The notes under the pieces are model-generated. The model did not search any database, was not told the DNA's origin, and saw only the letters and a list, made by a program, of their open reading frames with translations. Shown here piece after piece: positions 29,525 to 39,564 of a stretch of DNA of 64,000 nt (the stretch's first letter is position 1; every line of letters begins with the position of its first letter). The DNA comes from an uncultured Spirochaetota bacterium (GTDB lineage: Bacteria > Spirochaetota > Brevinematia > Brevinematales > JAOACQ01). Where the stretch lies: the NCBI GenBank assembly GCA_963768055.1, contig CAVYGN010000001.1:576001-640000 (forward strand), given 5' to 3'. The translations under genes and the position numbers were made by a program.

Positions 29525-29935
29525 ATGAGGTTATTTATAATGAATGCTTTTATTAATTGTGAAAGAATAGATGATTTGTTTGTCGAAAGACTAATAAATA
29601 ATTTAAAATTAGAAGGATTTATGGTATCAACATCGCCAAAAAATCCCATTGATGGTGAGGATATCAGATGGAATAATTGGTATAACTTTGGTATTGATGA
29701 GGCTTTACAAAATATAGATGTTTTCATCTCAATAATTACAGATTCATGGTCATCATCAACTTGGATGGCTATAGAGTGTGATACAGCAGAAAAATATTTT
29801 TTACAAAATAGTATTAAGAATATGTATTATATAGACTTACGAACCTCTAAATATATGCCAAAAGGGATGGAACAATATTTAAAAACGGAATTACCTAAAA
29901 ATTTTAATGAGATATTAAAAATTATCAAGGCATAA
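29525..29935 (+). CDS. Stand-alone TIR domain protein
   Basis: IDEALQNIDVFISIIT...SSTWMAIE (W..E catalytic Glu). Confidence 0.7.
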   Translation: MRLFIMNAFINCERIDDLFVERLINNLKLEGFMVSTSPKNPIDGEDIRWNNWYNFGIDEALQNIDVFISIITDSWSSSTWMAIECDTAEKYFLQNSIKNMYYIDLRTSKYMPKGMEQYLKTELPKNFNEILKIIKA

Positions 29936-29955
29936 TTTCATTTAATATTTCCCCT

Positions 29956-30022
29956 CCCTTTTCCAGCCTGCCATTCTCCATTGAATTTTTGATAAATCTG
30001 TGGTGAGGGGATAGAATAAGGG
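29956..30022 (+). repeat. Intergenic repeat type A
   Basis: CCTTTTCCAGCCTGCCATTCTCCATTGAATTTTTGATA-17 bp-TAGAATAAGG. Confidence 0.85.
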
Positions 30023-30090
30023 GTAGTTAAGGTATAGTGAATTTATTGAGTAAAATCCCTTCAATCAATAAAAAAAATGAAGGTATATGA

Positions 30091-30771
30091 ATGGAAAAAT
30101 ATTTATCTGAAAAATATCTTAAAAATTTAATTCCGTCATGTTGCAAGATTGGATTTGCAAGTATTAATGATTATAATGAAATTGAGATAAGCTCATTAAC
30201 AAGTTTTTTGCCTGGAACTAAAACTATTATTGTCCTTTTCCATCATATTCAAAACTCATTGGAATGGTTATGGTATCCCTTTGAGAATGAAAGGGGTGAA
30301 AAAACATGCGGTGCGGACCAACATAGTCAGATTGTTCTCAATAAACTGAAGAATTATTTACAAAAAGAAGGGTATAATATTTCAGTATTACCTTATCCTG
30401 ATATATGCGGTGTAATGTTCAAGACAATTGCAACAAAAACATGTTTAGGAGAATTGGGAGAGAACTTTTTATTTATGAATAATGAATGGGGGCCTTGGAT
30501 TCATCTTCGGGTACTATTAACAAATGCTGAATTTTCATTTGAGCGCATTGAATTAATAAAGGCTTGCAATCATTGCGGTAATTGCCGTAAAGTATGCCCG
30601 GCTGATGCGATAAAGTCAAACTCATTCGATGGCATAAAATGCAGAGAAAGTATGCATAAAAGATCCGAAGAACTTGGTAAAAAACCATTTGTTTTTGAAT
30701 GTGAAATTTGCTTGCGTTCTTGTCCTATTGGAACTATTCCAGAAGAAGTAATTATTGATTATAAGAGATAA
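30091..30771 (+). CDS. Epoxyqueuosine reductase-like 4Fe-4S dicluster protein
   Basis: GPWIHLRVLLT; CNHCGNCRKVCP; CEICLRSCP. Confidence 0.8.
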   Translation: MEKYLSEKYLKNLIPSCCKIGFASINDYNEIEISSLTSFLPGTKTIIVLFHHIQNSLEWLWYPFENERGEKTCGADQHSQIVLNKLKNYLQKEGYNISVLPYPDICGVMFKTIATKTCLGELGENFLFMNNEWGPWIHLRVLLTNAEFSFERIELIKACNHCGNCRKVCPADAIKSNSFDGIKCRESMHKRSEELGKKPFVFECEICLRSCPIGTIPEEVIIDYKR

Positions 30772-30801
30772 TATTGTTATTTATGATAGTTCGTTTCTTT
30801 C

Positions 30802-30888
30802 GCTCCTTTGCTTTGCCTGCCTTCCCCCTTTTTCAGCATTGCCAGACAAATGAAATTTTGATAAAAGTGCCAAGAGAGGATAGAATAA
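30802..30888 (+). repeat. Composite B+A intergenic repeat
   Basis: GCTCCTTTGCTTTGCCTGCC...TTCAGCATTGCCAGACAAATGAAATTTTGATAAAAGTGCCAAGAGAGGATAGAATAA. Confidence 0.85.
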
Positions 30889-30950
30889 TAATGGGCAAGC
30901 CTTATATTGAGTTTAGTAAAAAGCTAGCAAGAAAATAATAAAGTAGGAGA

Positions 30951-31643
30951 TTGGATATGCAAGGAAAAATAAAAACAAATGGAATATGTGCATATTGCAA
31001 AACCGAGATTCCTAAAAACGCTCATGCTATATTAAGCCACATTTCTAACTGTAAAAGCAAAGCCATATCAAAAAATGAAAGTCATATTAATTACATGATT
31101 TTATTGCTTGAAGGAAAATATAATCCTGATTACTGGATTGTTATAAAAGCCAAGCCTGAAATAACAATGAAAAAAGTTGATAAGTTTTTAAGAGACATTT
31201 GGGTTGAATGTTGTGATCATATGAGTTTGTTTTCCGATAAACATTCTAAAATTGGCATGACATGGAAATTAGATGAGGTATTTGAGAAAGGGTATAAAGT
31301 TGATTATATATATGATTTTGGTTCATCGACAGAAATTTCATTATCATTATTAGAAGAATCAGGGGATAAAGATGAAAAAGATATTCAGATACTTATGCGA
31401 AATAAAGAAATTGATTATAAATGTTCATATTGTAATAATAAGGCTGTAGAAATTTGTCCTTTTTGTTTATATGAAGATAAAGGTTTCTTATGTAAATCCT
31501 GTATTAAAGAGCATAAATGTATAAAAAATGAAGGAGAAGATATCCTTTTACCTATTGTAAATTCTCCAAGATCTGGAGAATGTGGATATACAGGTTATTT
31601 GGATAAAGATGTTAAAAAGTATTTTCCAAGGGAAATAATTTAG
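30951..31643 (+). CDS. Cys-rich hypothetical protein (pRiA4b ORF-3-like core)
   Basis: FLRDIWVECCDHMSLF; YIYDFGSST; NSPRSGECGY. Confidence 0.6.
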   Translation: MDMQGKIKTNGICAYCKTEIPKNAHAILSHISNCKSKAISKNESHINYMILLLEGKYNPDYWIVIKAKPEITMKKVDKFLRDIWVECCDHMSLFSDKHSKIGMTWKLDEVFEKGYKVDYIYDFGSSTEISLSLLEESGDKDEKDIQILMRNKEIDYKCSYCNNKAVEICPFCLYEDKGFLCKSCIKEHKCIKNEGEDILLPIVNSPRSGECGYTGYLDKDVKKYFPREII

Positions 31644-31770
31644 AAGAACATTGAAATCTTCAATTAGTAATAGGTTTATTCTTCCATTTCCAGCTTTTAT
31701 GCTAACCATTTTGGAAAATTTGCCAGACAAATATGGACGGGATTAGAATAATTGGGATCTGAGTTTTTAA

Positions 31771-31869
31771 ATGGATTTAAAATTATAAATATATGATTTT
31801 GACGGAACTATAAATAAATGAGATTCCGCGATTGATTTATGGTTTTTTATACTATGGAAAGAGCCTTAA
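31771..31869 (+). pseudogene. HAD-hydrolase remnant following a degenerate type A repeat (31720-31751)
   Basis: MDLKL*IYDFDGTINK*DSAIDLWFF; DFDGT HAD motif I with in-frame stops. Confidence 0.55.
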
Positions 31870-31945
31870 TTAGGACAGACGAACAAGAACTATCAAACTG
31901 TATAAAAAATAGAATTTAATTTTTAAGTTGATATTGTGGTGGATT

Positions 31946-32911
31946 ATGCTGGAAACCATGAATGAATTGGGAAAAAAAAGGGTGCCATTTCTATTCATTA
32001 TCGATTTTGAGATGAATAACCCAATCATTTTACCAATGTCGGCGATTGATTCTGAAACAGTTATGTTTGATATAAATGGTATAACGAATTGCAATTTCAG
32101 TAAACAATCAGGACAGCCTGTCTATTTTCAAAAACAACCAGTTTCTTATAATACATACCGAAAATCTTTTTTAAAAGTTCGGGAGCATTTTTTTCAAGGT
32201 AATACTTATTTGCTGAATCTGACATTTCCGACAGAAATAAAATCGAATCTTTCTCTAAAAGAAATATATTCAAATAGCTTCGCTAAATATCGATTATATT
32301 ATAAAGATAAATTCATTGTTTTTTCTCCTGAAACATTCATTAAAATAAATAACGGTAAAATATTCAGTTATCCTATGAAAGGAACCATTGATGCATCAAT
32401 ACCCGATGCATATAATAAAATTCTGAAAGATGATAAAGAAATGGCAGAACATATTACAATTGTTGATTTAATAAGAAATGATTTGAATATGGTATCAAGA
32501 AATGTTAATGTACTGAGGTTTAGATATGTAGAGAAAATATCAACAAATAGCAAGGACTTATATCAAGTCAGTTCGGAAATAATGGGTGAATTGGATAACA
32601 ATTATAACGAAATAATAGGTAATATTATATTTTTTCTACTTCCTGCAGGGTCTATCAGTGGCGCTCCGAAGATAAAAACGATTGAAATTATAAAAGAAGT
32701 AGAAAATTATAAGAGGGGTTATTATACCGGAGTATTTGGCTATTTTGATGGACATCAGTTGGATAGTGGAGTAATGATCCGTTTTATTGAAAAAGAACAA
32801 AACAAGCTGATATATAAAAGCGGTGGAGGATTAACAATTTACAGCGATCTTAATAGTGAATATCAGGAAATGGTGGATAAGGTGTATGTGCCGATTAATA
32901 GAGACAATTAA
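31946..32911 (+). CDS. pabB: Aminodeoxychorismate synthase component I (short form)
   Basis: FSPETF; PMKGT; EHITIVDLIRNDL; PAGSISGAPK; RGYYTG. Confidence 0.9.
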   Translation: MLETMNELGKKRVPFLFIIDFEMNNPIILPMSAIDSETVMFDINGITNCNFSKQSGQPVYFQKQPVSYNTYRKSFLKVREHFFQGNTYLLNLTFPTEIKSNLSLKEIYSNSFAKYRLYYKDKFIVFSPETFIKINNGKIFSYPMKGTIDASIPDAYNKILKDDKEMAEHITIVDLIRNDLNMVSRNVNVLRFRYVEKISTNSKDLYQVSSEIMGELDNNYNEIIGNIIFFLLPAGSISGAPKIKTIEIIKEVENYKRGYYTGVFGYFDGHQLDSGVMIRFIEKEQNKLIYKSGGGLTIYSDLNSEYQEMVDKVYVPINRDN

Positions 32912-33482
32912 AATATGCCAGTGTTGTTATTTGAATCTTAAACTTCATGAAAAAAGACTGAATATATCCAGGAAGGATATTTTTAAAAGCACAGATTGTA
33001 TAAATATCAGTCAATCCATTGAATTCCCAGAAAATTTAACAGAGGATATTTATAAATGCCGAATCATTTACGGAAAAAACATCGAACATTATGAATTTAT
33101 TCCATATGTAAAGAGAGAAATTAATAGTCTTAAGATTGTTTATGATGATGATATAGAATATAACCACAAATTTGAAGAAAGAAACCAATTCAACAATTTG
33201 TTCAATCTGCGGGAACATTGCAGTGATATTTTGATAGTAAAAAGAAATTTGATTACTGATACTTCTTTTTCAAACATTGTATTTTTCAACGGCAATAAAT
33301 GGATTACTCCAGCTCATCCTTTGTTAAAAGGCACAAAAAGGGAGCAATTATTAAACGAAGGAAAAATAAAAAAAGAAGAAATTATGATAGCGGATTTGAA
33401 AAGGTTTAAAAAAGCTTCGATTATTAATGCTATGCTTGAATTGGGTGAGATAGAAATCTTAATTGAAAATATAATTGAATAA
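32886..33482 (+). CDS. pabC: Class IV aminotransferase / ADC lyase
   Basis: ETIK; H..RL; TDTSFSNI; LLKGTKR; overlaps pabB. Confidence 0.8.
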   Translation: MCRLIETIKICQCCYLNLKLHEKRLNISRKDIFKSTDCINISQSIEFPENLTEDIYKCRIIYGKNIEHYEFIPYVKREINSLKIVYDDDIEYNHKFEERNQFNNLFNLREHCSDILIVKRNLITDTSFSNIVFFNGNKWITPAHPLLKGTKREQLLNEGKIKKEEIMIADLKRFKKASIINAMLELGEIEILIENIIE

Positions 33483-33613
33483 GGATAAGCATGAAAGAAC
33501 TGGTTTATAAAAAAAAACAAAAATGGCAAATATTTGATGGATCACATTTTCATTAAAATATATTGGTTTCGGGCTCATTACAGCTTTACTTACCCTACTA
33601 TATTCAGATTCTT

Positions 33614-33660
33614 ATTCTCCATTGATTTTTGATAAAAGTGCCAGGAGGGGATAGAATAAG
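33614..33660 (+). repeat. Intergenic repeat type A
   Basis: ATTCTCCATTGATTTTTGATAAAAGTGCCAGGAGGGGATAGAATAAG. Confidence 0.85.
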
Positions 33661-33690
33661 TGAATCGTATATAAAATCAAAGGAGCCTTT

Positions 33691-34020
33691 ATGAAAATTG
33701 AAAATATTCCATTTATAATATCTGATTGGAATAAAGAAAATAGTCAGAGAATAAATGGAGAAAGCGGTTTTGCTGATATGAAAACATTTGAGCAAGGCAA
33801 TATCAGGGTTAGATTAGTTGAATATTCTCCTGATTACAAAGCAGACCATTGGTGTAAAAAAGGGCATATTGTTTTTATTCTTGAAGGTGAAGTAGCTATT
33901 AAAATAGACGATGGTAGAAAGTTTAAATTATCTAAGGGAATGAGTTTTCAAGTGGCAGACAATGTAGATGCTCATAAAGCTTTTTCAACGAATGGAGCGA
34001 AAGCATTTATTGTTGATTAA
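33691..34020 (+). CDS. DHCW-motif cupin fold protein
   Basis: RLVEYSPDYKADHWCKKGH. Confidence 0.85.
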   Translation: MKIENIPFIISDWNKENSQRINGESGFADMKTFEQGNIRVRLVEYSPDYKADHWCKKGHIVFILEGEVAIKIDDGRKFKLSKGMSFQVADNVDAHKAFSTNGAKAFIVD

Positions 34021-34021
34021 A

Positions 34022-34081
34022 AGCTCCCCCCTTTGCTTTGCCTTCCTTTGATAAAAGTGTGGGAAGGGGATAGAATAAGGG
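34022..34081 (+). repeat. Composite B+A intergenic repeat (short)
   Basis: AGCTCCCCCCTTTGCTTTGCCTTCCTTTGATAAAAGTGTGGGAAGGGGATAGAATAAGG. Confidence 0.85.
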
Positions 34082-34112
34082 AATGTAAGCAAATAAATTT
34101 TAAGGGGAAGAT

Positions 34113-34478
34113 ATGAAAATAAAAACACGAGAACAAATTCCATCTGAAGCAATTGTTGAGCGTTATGGTGTCAATAAAGAGCTTGTGATTGGGGAATATG
34201 ATGATTCAAACCAGATTGTATTAAGAATAATAAGCCTTGATGTAAACAAATTTATTCCTGTCCATATACATAATTTTCCCCATATCTGGAAAATTGAAAA
34301 AGGCATTGGCTTATTAACTGATAATGATGGTATTGAACATAGAGTAGAGCCAGGGCAATTTCTTTTTATTAAAAATAATGAAAAACATGGTATTAGAAAC
34401 ATTGGGGATGATAAACTTGAATATTTATGCTTCGGGACAATTGAAAGCGAAAAAATAGCTCCTCAAAAAGCTGATTAA
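34113..34478 (+). CDS. Cupin domain protein
   Basis: PVHIH.FPH; NEKHGIRNIG. Confidence 0.8.
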   Translation: MKIKTREQIPSEAIVERYGVNKELVIGEYDDSNQIVLRIISLDVNKFIPVHIHNFPHIWKIEKGIGLLTDNDGIEHRVEPGQFLFIKNNEKHGIRNIGDDKLEYLCFGTIESEKIAPQKAD

Positions 34479-34808
34479 AAGATTTTTAGAGTATTAATGG
34501 TTCGATTATACTGGAGGCATGATGAGTAATGAAATACAATCTCTTGGATCTAATCCTACTGGTTTAAAAGGAAAATTTGCTGGTATTTTAATGAATATTA
34601 TTCATGGCAGGCAATATAAAAAAATCATTAAAAAACACATACTGAAAAGAGTTAATTCAATAGAGAAGATTAAAATATTAGATGTTGGTTGCGGGGGAGG
34701 GAAAGCGATATATATTCTTTCTACATTATTTATGAATTCAAAAGTATATGGCATTGACCATCCCCGTGTGTTAGGATAGTTGTCGCCTAAAATATTAGGG
34801 GATAAAAA

Positions 34809-35288
34809 ATGAATAGTCAAATTCATTCAGAGGAATTCAGAAAAGCTATTGTTCAAAAGATGTGTGTGCCTGGCGGTAAAACGGTCATAGAACTGAGCCG
34901 GGAAATAGGAGTGTGTGAACAGACCCTTTACAATTGGAGGAAAATGATTCAGAATAATTTATCCAGACATCAGGAACGAAGCCCGCGAGGATGGAAAATT
35001 TCTGATAAATATCAGGCAATATTGGACACGGCAGGCCAATCGGGAGAAGAATTAGGGCAATGGCTGCGGAAGAACGGCCTCCAGACAACACATATTGACA
35101 TCTGGAAAAAGGAGTGTTTATCAGTGCTATCAAATGACTCATACAAAGAGGAAAACAGACAATTGAAATTAAGGAACATGGAATTAGAAAAGGAAATTGA
35201 TCGTAAGGATAAGGCCCTTGCCGAGGTTACTGCCCTGCTGGTTCTTAAAAAAAAACTGAACAAGCTATTCGGCAAAGAGGAAGATTAA
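34809..35288 (+). CDS. IS3 transposase OrfA (HTH)
   Basis: ELSREIGVCEQTLYNW; ALLVLKKK. Confidence 0.9.
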   Translation: MNSQIHSEEFRKAIVQKMCVPGGKTVIELSREIGVCEQTLYNWRKMIQNNLSRHQERSPRGWKISDKYQAILDTAGQSGEELGQWLRKNGLQTTHIDIWKKECLSVLSNDSYKEENRQLKLRNMELEKEIDRKDKALAEVTALLVLKKKLNKLFGKEED

Positions 35289-35293
35289 CTCCT

Positions 35294-36322
35294 GTGGATA
35301 TAAGAATAAATATTTGTGACTTGATTAATGAGGCTGTTTCATCAGGGTCTAGCAGGGATAAGGCTTGTGAAGAATCAGGCTATGACATAAGGACCATACA
35401 GCGATGGGATAAAAAACTGGGAGAAGACGGGAGAAAAAACCGGACAGCAATGCCTACGAATGCCCTGTCGGCAGAAGAACGGGAAGAGATCATCTCCTGC
35501 TGCTGTAGTGAGAGATTTAGAGATATGACGCCGAATGAAATAGTGCCACTATTGGCAGAGGAAGGGCGATATATAGCATCAGAATCATCTTTTTACCGTG
35601 AACTTAAAGCAAGAGATATGCTTCACCATAGATCCGAGACCAAGCCCAGGACGGCAAGAAAAACGCCAAGAGAATTAGAAGCGACAGGCCCTAATCAGGT
35701 ATGGAGCTGGGATATTACTTATATATCCAGTCATATCAAGGGTAAATACTTCTATCTATATCTGTTTGAGGATGTCTGGAGCCGTAAGATAGTCGGCTGG
35801 AAAATGCAAGAGGAGGAAAGTTCTGATCATGCCGCAAGGATGATGGCAGAGATCGGAGAAACTATTGATTTGAAAGGATTGTATTTACATTCTGATAATG
35901 GCTCTCCTATGAAAGGCGCTACGATGTTATCGACCTTGCAGAGGCTTCAGGTTATGCCGTCTTTTTCAAGACCGAGCGTAAGTAACGATAACCCTTACTC
36001 AGAATCATTGTTTAAAACTTTGAAATATAATGTGAAATACCCCGGCTATTTTGAGACTATGGAAGCGGCAGAAATATGGATGCAAAATTTTGTAGACTGG
36101 TATAACAATAAGCATCTTCATTCAGGGATTGGATATGTTACACCTGCACAAAGACATGACGGTAAAGATAAAGCGATACTCCTGAAGAGAGCGGAAACTT
36201 ATGAAGCGGCTAAAAGCAGGCATCCTGAAAGATGGTCGGGAGAATCAAGAAAATGGGAACGAATAGAATCGGTATTTTTAAACCCGAGTAAGACTAACAA
36301 GGAATCGTTGATTGCAGCGTAA
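35294..36322 (+). CDS. IS3 transposase OrfB (rve DDE)
   Basis: WSWDITY; HSDNG; SESLFKTLK. Confidence 0.95.
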   Translation: MDIRINICDLINEAVSSGSSRDKACEESGYDIRTIQRWDKKLGEDGRKNRTAMPTNALSAEEREEIISCCCSERFRDMTPNEIVPLLAEEGRYIASESSFYRELKARDMLHHRSETKPRTARKTPRELEATGPNQVWSWDITYISSHIKGKYFYLYLFEDVWSRKIVGWKMQEEESSDHAARMMAEIGETIDLKGLYLHSDNGSPMKGATMLSTLQRLQVMPSFSRPSVSNDNPYSESLFKTLKYNVKYPGYFETMEAAEIWMQNFVDWYNNKHLHSGIGYVTPAQRHDGKDKAILLKRAETYEAAKSRHPERWSGESRKWERIESVFLNPSKTNKESLIAA

Positions 36323-36784
36323 AATAAAAGCGACAACTCCCTTGACAAAATCCGCCATTCATCAGATATGGTGAATCTTTCGAACAAAGTCAATAGAAAA
36401 ATAATTCAAGAAGGTTCTGTAGAAATATCTCAAAGTGATATAACCTCTCTTCCATTCACCAATGGATATTTTGATACTATAACGGCTTTTGATACTATAA
36501 ATTTCTGGAATGATTTTAATAAAGCTATTTCTGAAATAATAAGAGTATTGAAAAAAGGCGGGGCTTTCATTATAGTAAACGCTTATCCAAAAGAAGGGAC
36601 AAAATGGTGGGATTTTGTAAAATTTAAAAATGATAGTGAATATCGGGAAGCAATGGCAAAACATAATTTTACGGATATCAATATTACTGTCGAAAAAAAC
36701 ACTATAATAATACAAGCGACAAAGTAATATACACAACAGGGAAGTCAAAAGATTATTATTATCCCTGCATGTTAGGAGTTGATC

Positions 36785-37105
36785 ATGAAATTTGGAATAA
36801 TACTTGAAACAAAGGAATATGAAAAAGCCTGGAATGCTTTCCGTTTTGCTATCTCCTCAAAAAAGAACGGGCATGAAGTAAAGGTATTCCTCATGGGTGA
36901 TGCTGTTGAATGCGAAGGTTTGACCCATGAAAAATATAATGTCGATGAGCAATTGAAAAACTTTGTCAAGGAAGGCGGCGAAATTCTCGCTTGCGGAACA
37001 TGCTTAAAATCAAGAAATATGGAAGGTTCTGATTCTTGTCCTATGTCGACAATGGTCGATTGTGTCAGTATGGTTGAATGGGCAGATAAAACTATTACAT
37101 TTTAA
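36785..37105 (+). CDS. DsrE family protein
   Basis: VFLMGDAVE; ACGTCLKSR; WADK. Confidence 0.85.
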   Translation: MKFGIILETKEYEKAWNAFRFAISSKKNGHEVKVFLMGDAVECEGLTHEKYNVDEQLKNFVKEGGEILACGTCLKSRNMEGSDSCPMSTMVDCVSMVEWADKTITF

Positions 37106-37137
37106 AGAAGCATATATTTTTAATAGGGTAATTTTTT

Positions 37138-37771
37138 ATGGATAATAAAAAGTTGTGGAATTTTGCATTATTACTTTCTGTAATTACAGTATTCTATAAC
37201 CTTCTTGAAGGAATTAGTATCAGTATATTTCGGTGTCGCCGATGAAACATTATCGCTGTTCGGTTTCGGTCTGGATTCCTTTATTGAAGTAATGTCTGGC
37301 ATTGGTGTGTGGCATATGATTATCCGCATAAAAATGAATAATAATGAAAGCAGTGATAATTTTGAAAAAACAGCGCTAAAAATAACAGGCATATCATTTT
37401 ATATTTTGACAGTCGGATTATTACTCACCATTGCCTATAACATTTATACAGGACATAAGCCTCAAACAACTTTTTGGGGAATAGTTATTTCACTGATTTC
37501 AATGGTTGCTATGATCTTTCTAATGTTATTTAAATTGAATGTTGGAAGAAAATTAAAATCAGATGCTGTTATCGCGGATGCTAAATGTTCCAGGACTTGC
37601 CTATACTTGTCAGTGATACTCCTGGTAACAAGCGTTTTATTCCAGATTTTTAAGATCGGTTATATTGATACTATAGGTGCGGTAGGGATAGCTTATTATG
37701 CTTTTAGAGAGGGGAAAGAATCGATGAATAAAGCGAAGGGTAAAAAGTGTGATTGCTGTAAAGATGATTAA
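37138..37771 (+). pseudogene. Cation-efflux-like membrane transporter with a +1 frameshift near 37213
   Basis: MDNKKLW..YNLLEG in one frame; LVSVYFG..LFGFGLDSFIE in the next; C-terminal CDCC. Confidence 0.7.
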
Positions 37772-37971
37772 TACCTTCCTTTCCCCATCTTTCATTTCGC
37801 CCACACTTCTTTCGATAATTAATTCACAACAATAATAGGAGTTTCCAAAATGGATGAAGGTAAAATTTTAGAATCAGATATGATCGATTTAAAAACGGCT
37901 GCAAAAAGTATTGGCAGGTAAAGTATTGGGATAATATATTTATTCAAACAATTATATTTGAGGTAAATAAA

Positions 37972-38577
37972 ATGCAAAATCAAATTCGAAAAGGTAAAAA
38001 TGAAATATTCCATAAATATCTTTATGAAGAAAAATTAAAACATAAAGATCATCGTTTTAATCTTATCTCTATGAAAATGATATTTGTAGCCTCTTTATTT
38101 GGAATTAGTTCAATCCCAATTTGTGGAACGATAGGACAACTATTTTTTATCTTATTGCTTGTACCTGTGTTATGTTTTTCTACAGATATATATATTCTTG
38201 CAGAAGATTATAAGGTAAAAAGAATTGGAAAATTTATTAGAGAAAATTATATATATTTTTCTAAAGTAGAATTTATATGGGAGTACTCATTAAGTTGTAA
38301 AAATAACAGAATGAGGGAAAAATTTAGTAAAATAAATTCATTTATAGTGTCATGTCTCTTGGGTCTTTTTGGACTACTATTTTATATAAAGTTTTCAAAG
38401 TTATTAGATAGTTTAATAATTTCTGATATAAGAAATGAAGAACATATCGGTTTTTATATATATGTAATAGAGTTTATTATATTTGCTGTAATAATTATTA
38501 TTATTAAAAATTTAAATGAAAAAAAAATTGAAGATTGTAATAGCTCTGAAAAGAATGATTTAAAGACTGAACAATGA
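37972..38577 (+). CDS. Hypothetical 4-TM membrane protein
   Basis: GAGG RBS; four hydrophobic segments. Confidence 0.6.
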   Translation: MQNQIRKGKNEIFHKYLYEEKLKHKDHRFNLISMKMIFVASLFGISSIPICGTIGQLFFILLLVPVLCFSTDIYILAEDYKVKRIGKFIRENYIYFSKVEFIWEYSLSCKNNRMREKFSKINSFIVSCLLGLFGLLFYIKFSKLLDSLIISDIRNEEHIGFYIYVIEFIIFAVIIIIIKNLNEKKIEDCNSSEKNDLKTEQ

Positions 38578-38667
38578 CCGTCTTAATTCCTTTTCTAACC
38601 TCATCTTTCATTTCCCCCTCAATTTTTACGATAATTAATTCACATAAATTATTTGAGGAGATGTGAT

Positions 38668-38925
38668 ATGCCAGGAAAAAGAAGAACTGCTGAAGAAATG
38701 ATTAAGATCTACAATGAGAAAATTAAAGCACTGAAACAGAAGCAGACTTTAGAAGCCAAAAAGGAAGATAAGAAGTGGGTTAAAATTGACCCTAAAATTG
38801 GCGCTTATGTACGTGAACTTGCAATGAAGAATTTTGAAGGAATTACAGTCGATAATCTGAAAGTTGAAATAAAGAAGATGATGACACCGAAAAAGAGGGG
38901 ACCAAGTAAGGAGAAGAAAGCCTAA
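38668..38925 (+). CDS. Small basic coiled-coil protein (possibly DNA-binding)
   Basis: GAGGAG RBS; Lys-rich; PKKRGP tail. Confidence 0.6.
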   Translation: MPGKRRTAEEMIKIYNEKIKALKQKQTLEAKKEDKKWVKIDPKIGAYVRELAMKNFEGITVDNLKVEIKKMMTPKKRGPSKEKKA

Positions 38926-39003
38926 AGTGAAGAAAGCGGAAGGGGAAGCTGAACAGACACAGAAGGCGGAATAAGGGGAATTTAATAAGCAGGCTATATA
39001 AAA

Positions 39004-39564
39004 ATGAAGAACCATCCACTACATTTAAAAATCGGTGAAAAGTTAGAATCTTTATTTAATCTACCACATTATATTCTTCTTATTGATCCTGCTTGTGGTG
39101 GTCATCAATATATTTCCCTATTTATCAATAAAATGAATAGAGAAAACGCTATGTGTAAAGTAGATGCAATGATTGTAAAAGACACAAATATTTTAGCGAT
39201 CATTGAAATTGAGGAATCTGGTCTTAATCCTACAAAAATTTGTGGAAAATATTTAGCGGCGGCATTATCAAAATTCTATATTCATAATGGAGTAAAGTAT
39301 TCTCTTTCAAAAGACACAGCATTTTTTCAAATAATTGATATAAGTAAATTAAACAAACAGAATACTTCAAAAAAAGAACAAACTAAATATATTGAGAAAT
39401 CAATCCAATCCATAAATAGTACAGGTATCATTAAAAATTATTCCATCGATTGCATTGATGGTAACGATGATGAAATAACGCTTTCAAAAATAGTGAAAAA
39501 AATCATTGCTGTCCAAATCAAATTCAGGAAAAGTTTAAAAACAATTGCGGATTTATCGGCTTAG
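39004..39564 (+). CDS. Putative PD-(D/E)xK-like nuclease, C-terminus altered by IS4
   Basis: KVDAMI..AIIEIEES; the original end KKINNYCLK* is recovered after 40789. Confidence 0.5.
   Translation: MKNHPLHLKIGEKLESLFNLPHYILLIDPACGGHQYISLFINKMNRENAMCKVDAMIVKDTNILAIIEIEESGLNPTKICGKYLAAALSKFYIHNGVKYSLSKDTAFFQIIDISKLNKQNTSKKEQTKYIEKSIQSINSTGIIKNYSIDCIDGNDDEITLSKIVKKIIAVQIKFRKSLKTIADLSA

Larger units (their letters stand above)
34762..36354 (+). mobile_element. IS3-family insertion sequence with 4-bp TSD (CCAT)
   Basis: CCAT at 34758 and 36355; imperfect IRs sharing AGTTGTCGC/GCGACAACT; orfA/orfB with an A9 slippery run at 35247-35255. Confidence 0.9.
34519..36727 (+). pseudogene. SAM methyltransferase split by the IS3 element
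   Basis: LDVGCGGG..GIDH| and |HSSDMV..RVLKKGG rejoin in frame when the IS and one CCAT are removed. Confidence 0.9.

Noticed and set aside
27333..34081. Integron attC array or CRISPR array
   Set aside because: No RYYYAAC...GTTRRRY ends and no IntI seen; the repeats are modular and separated by whole genes, not spacers; no cas genes.
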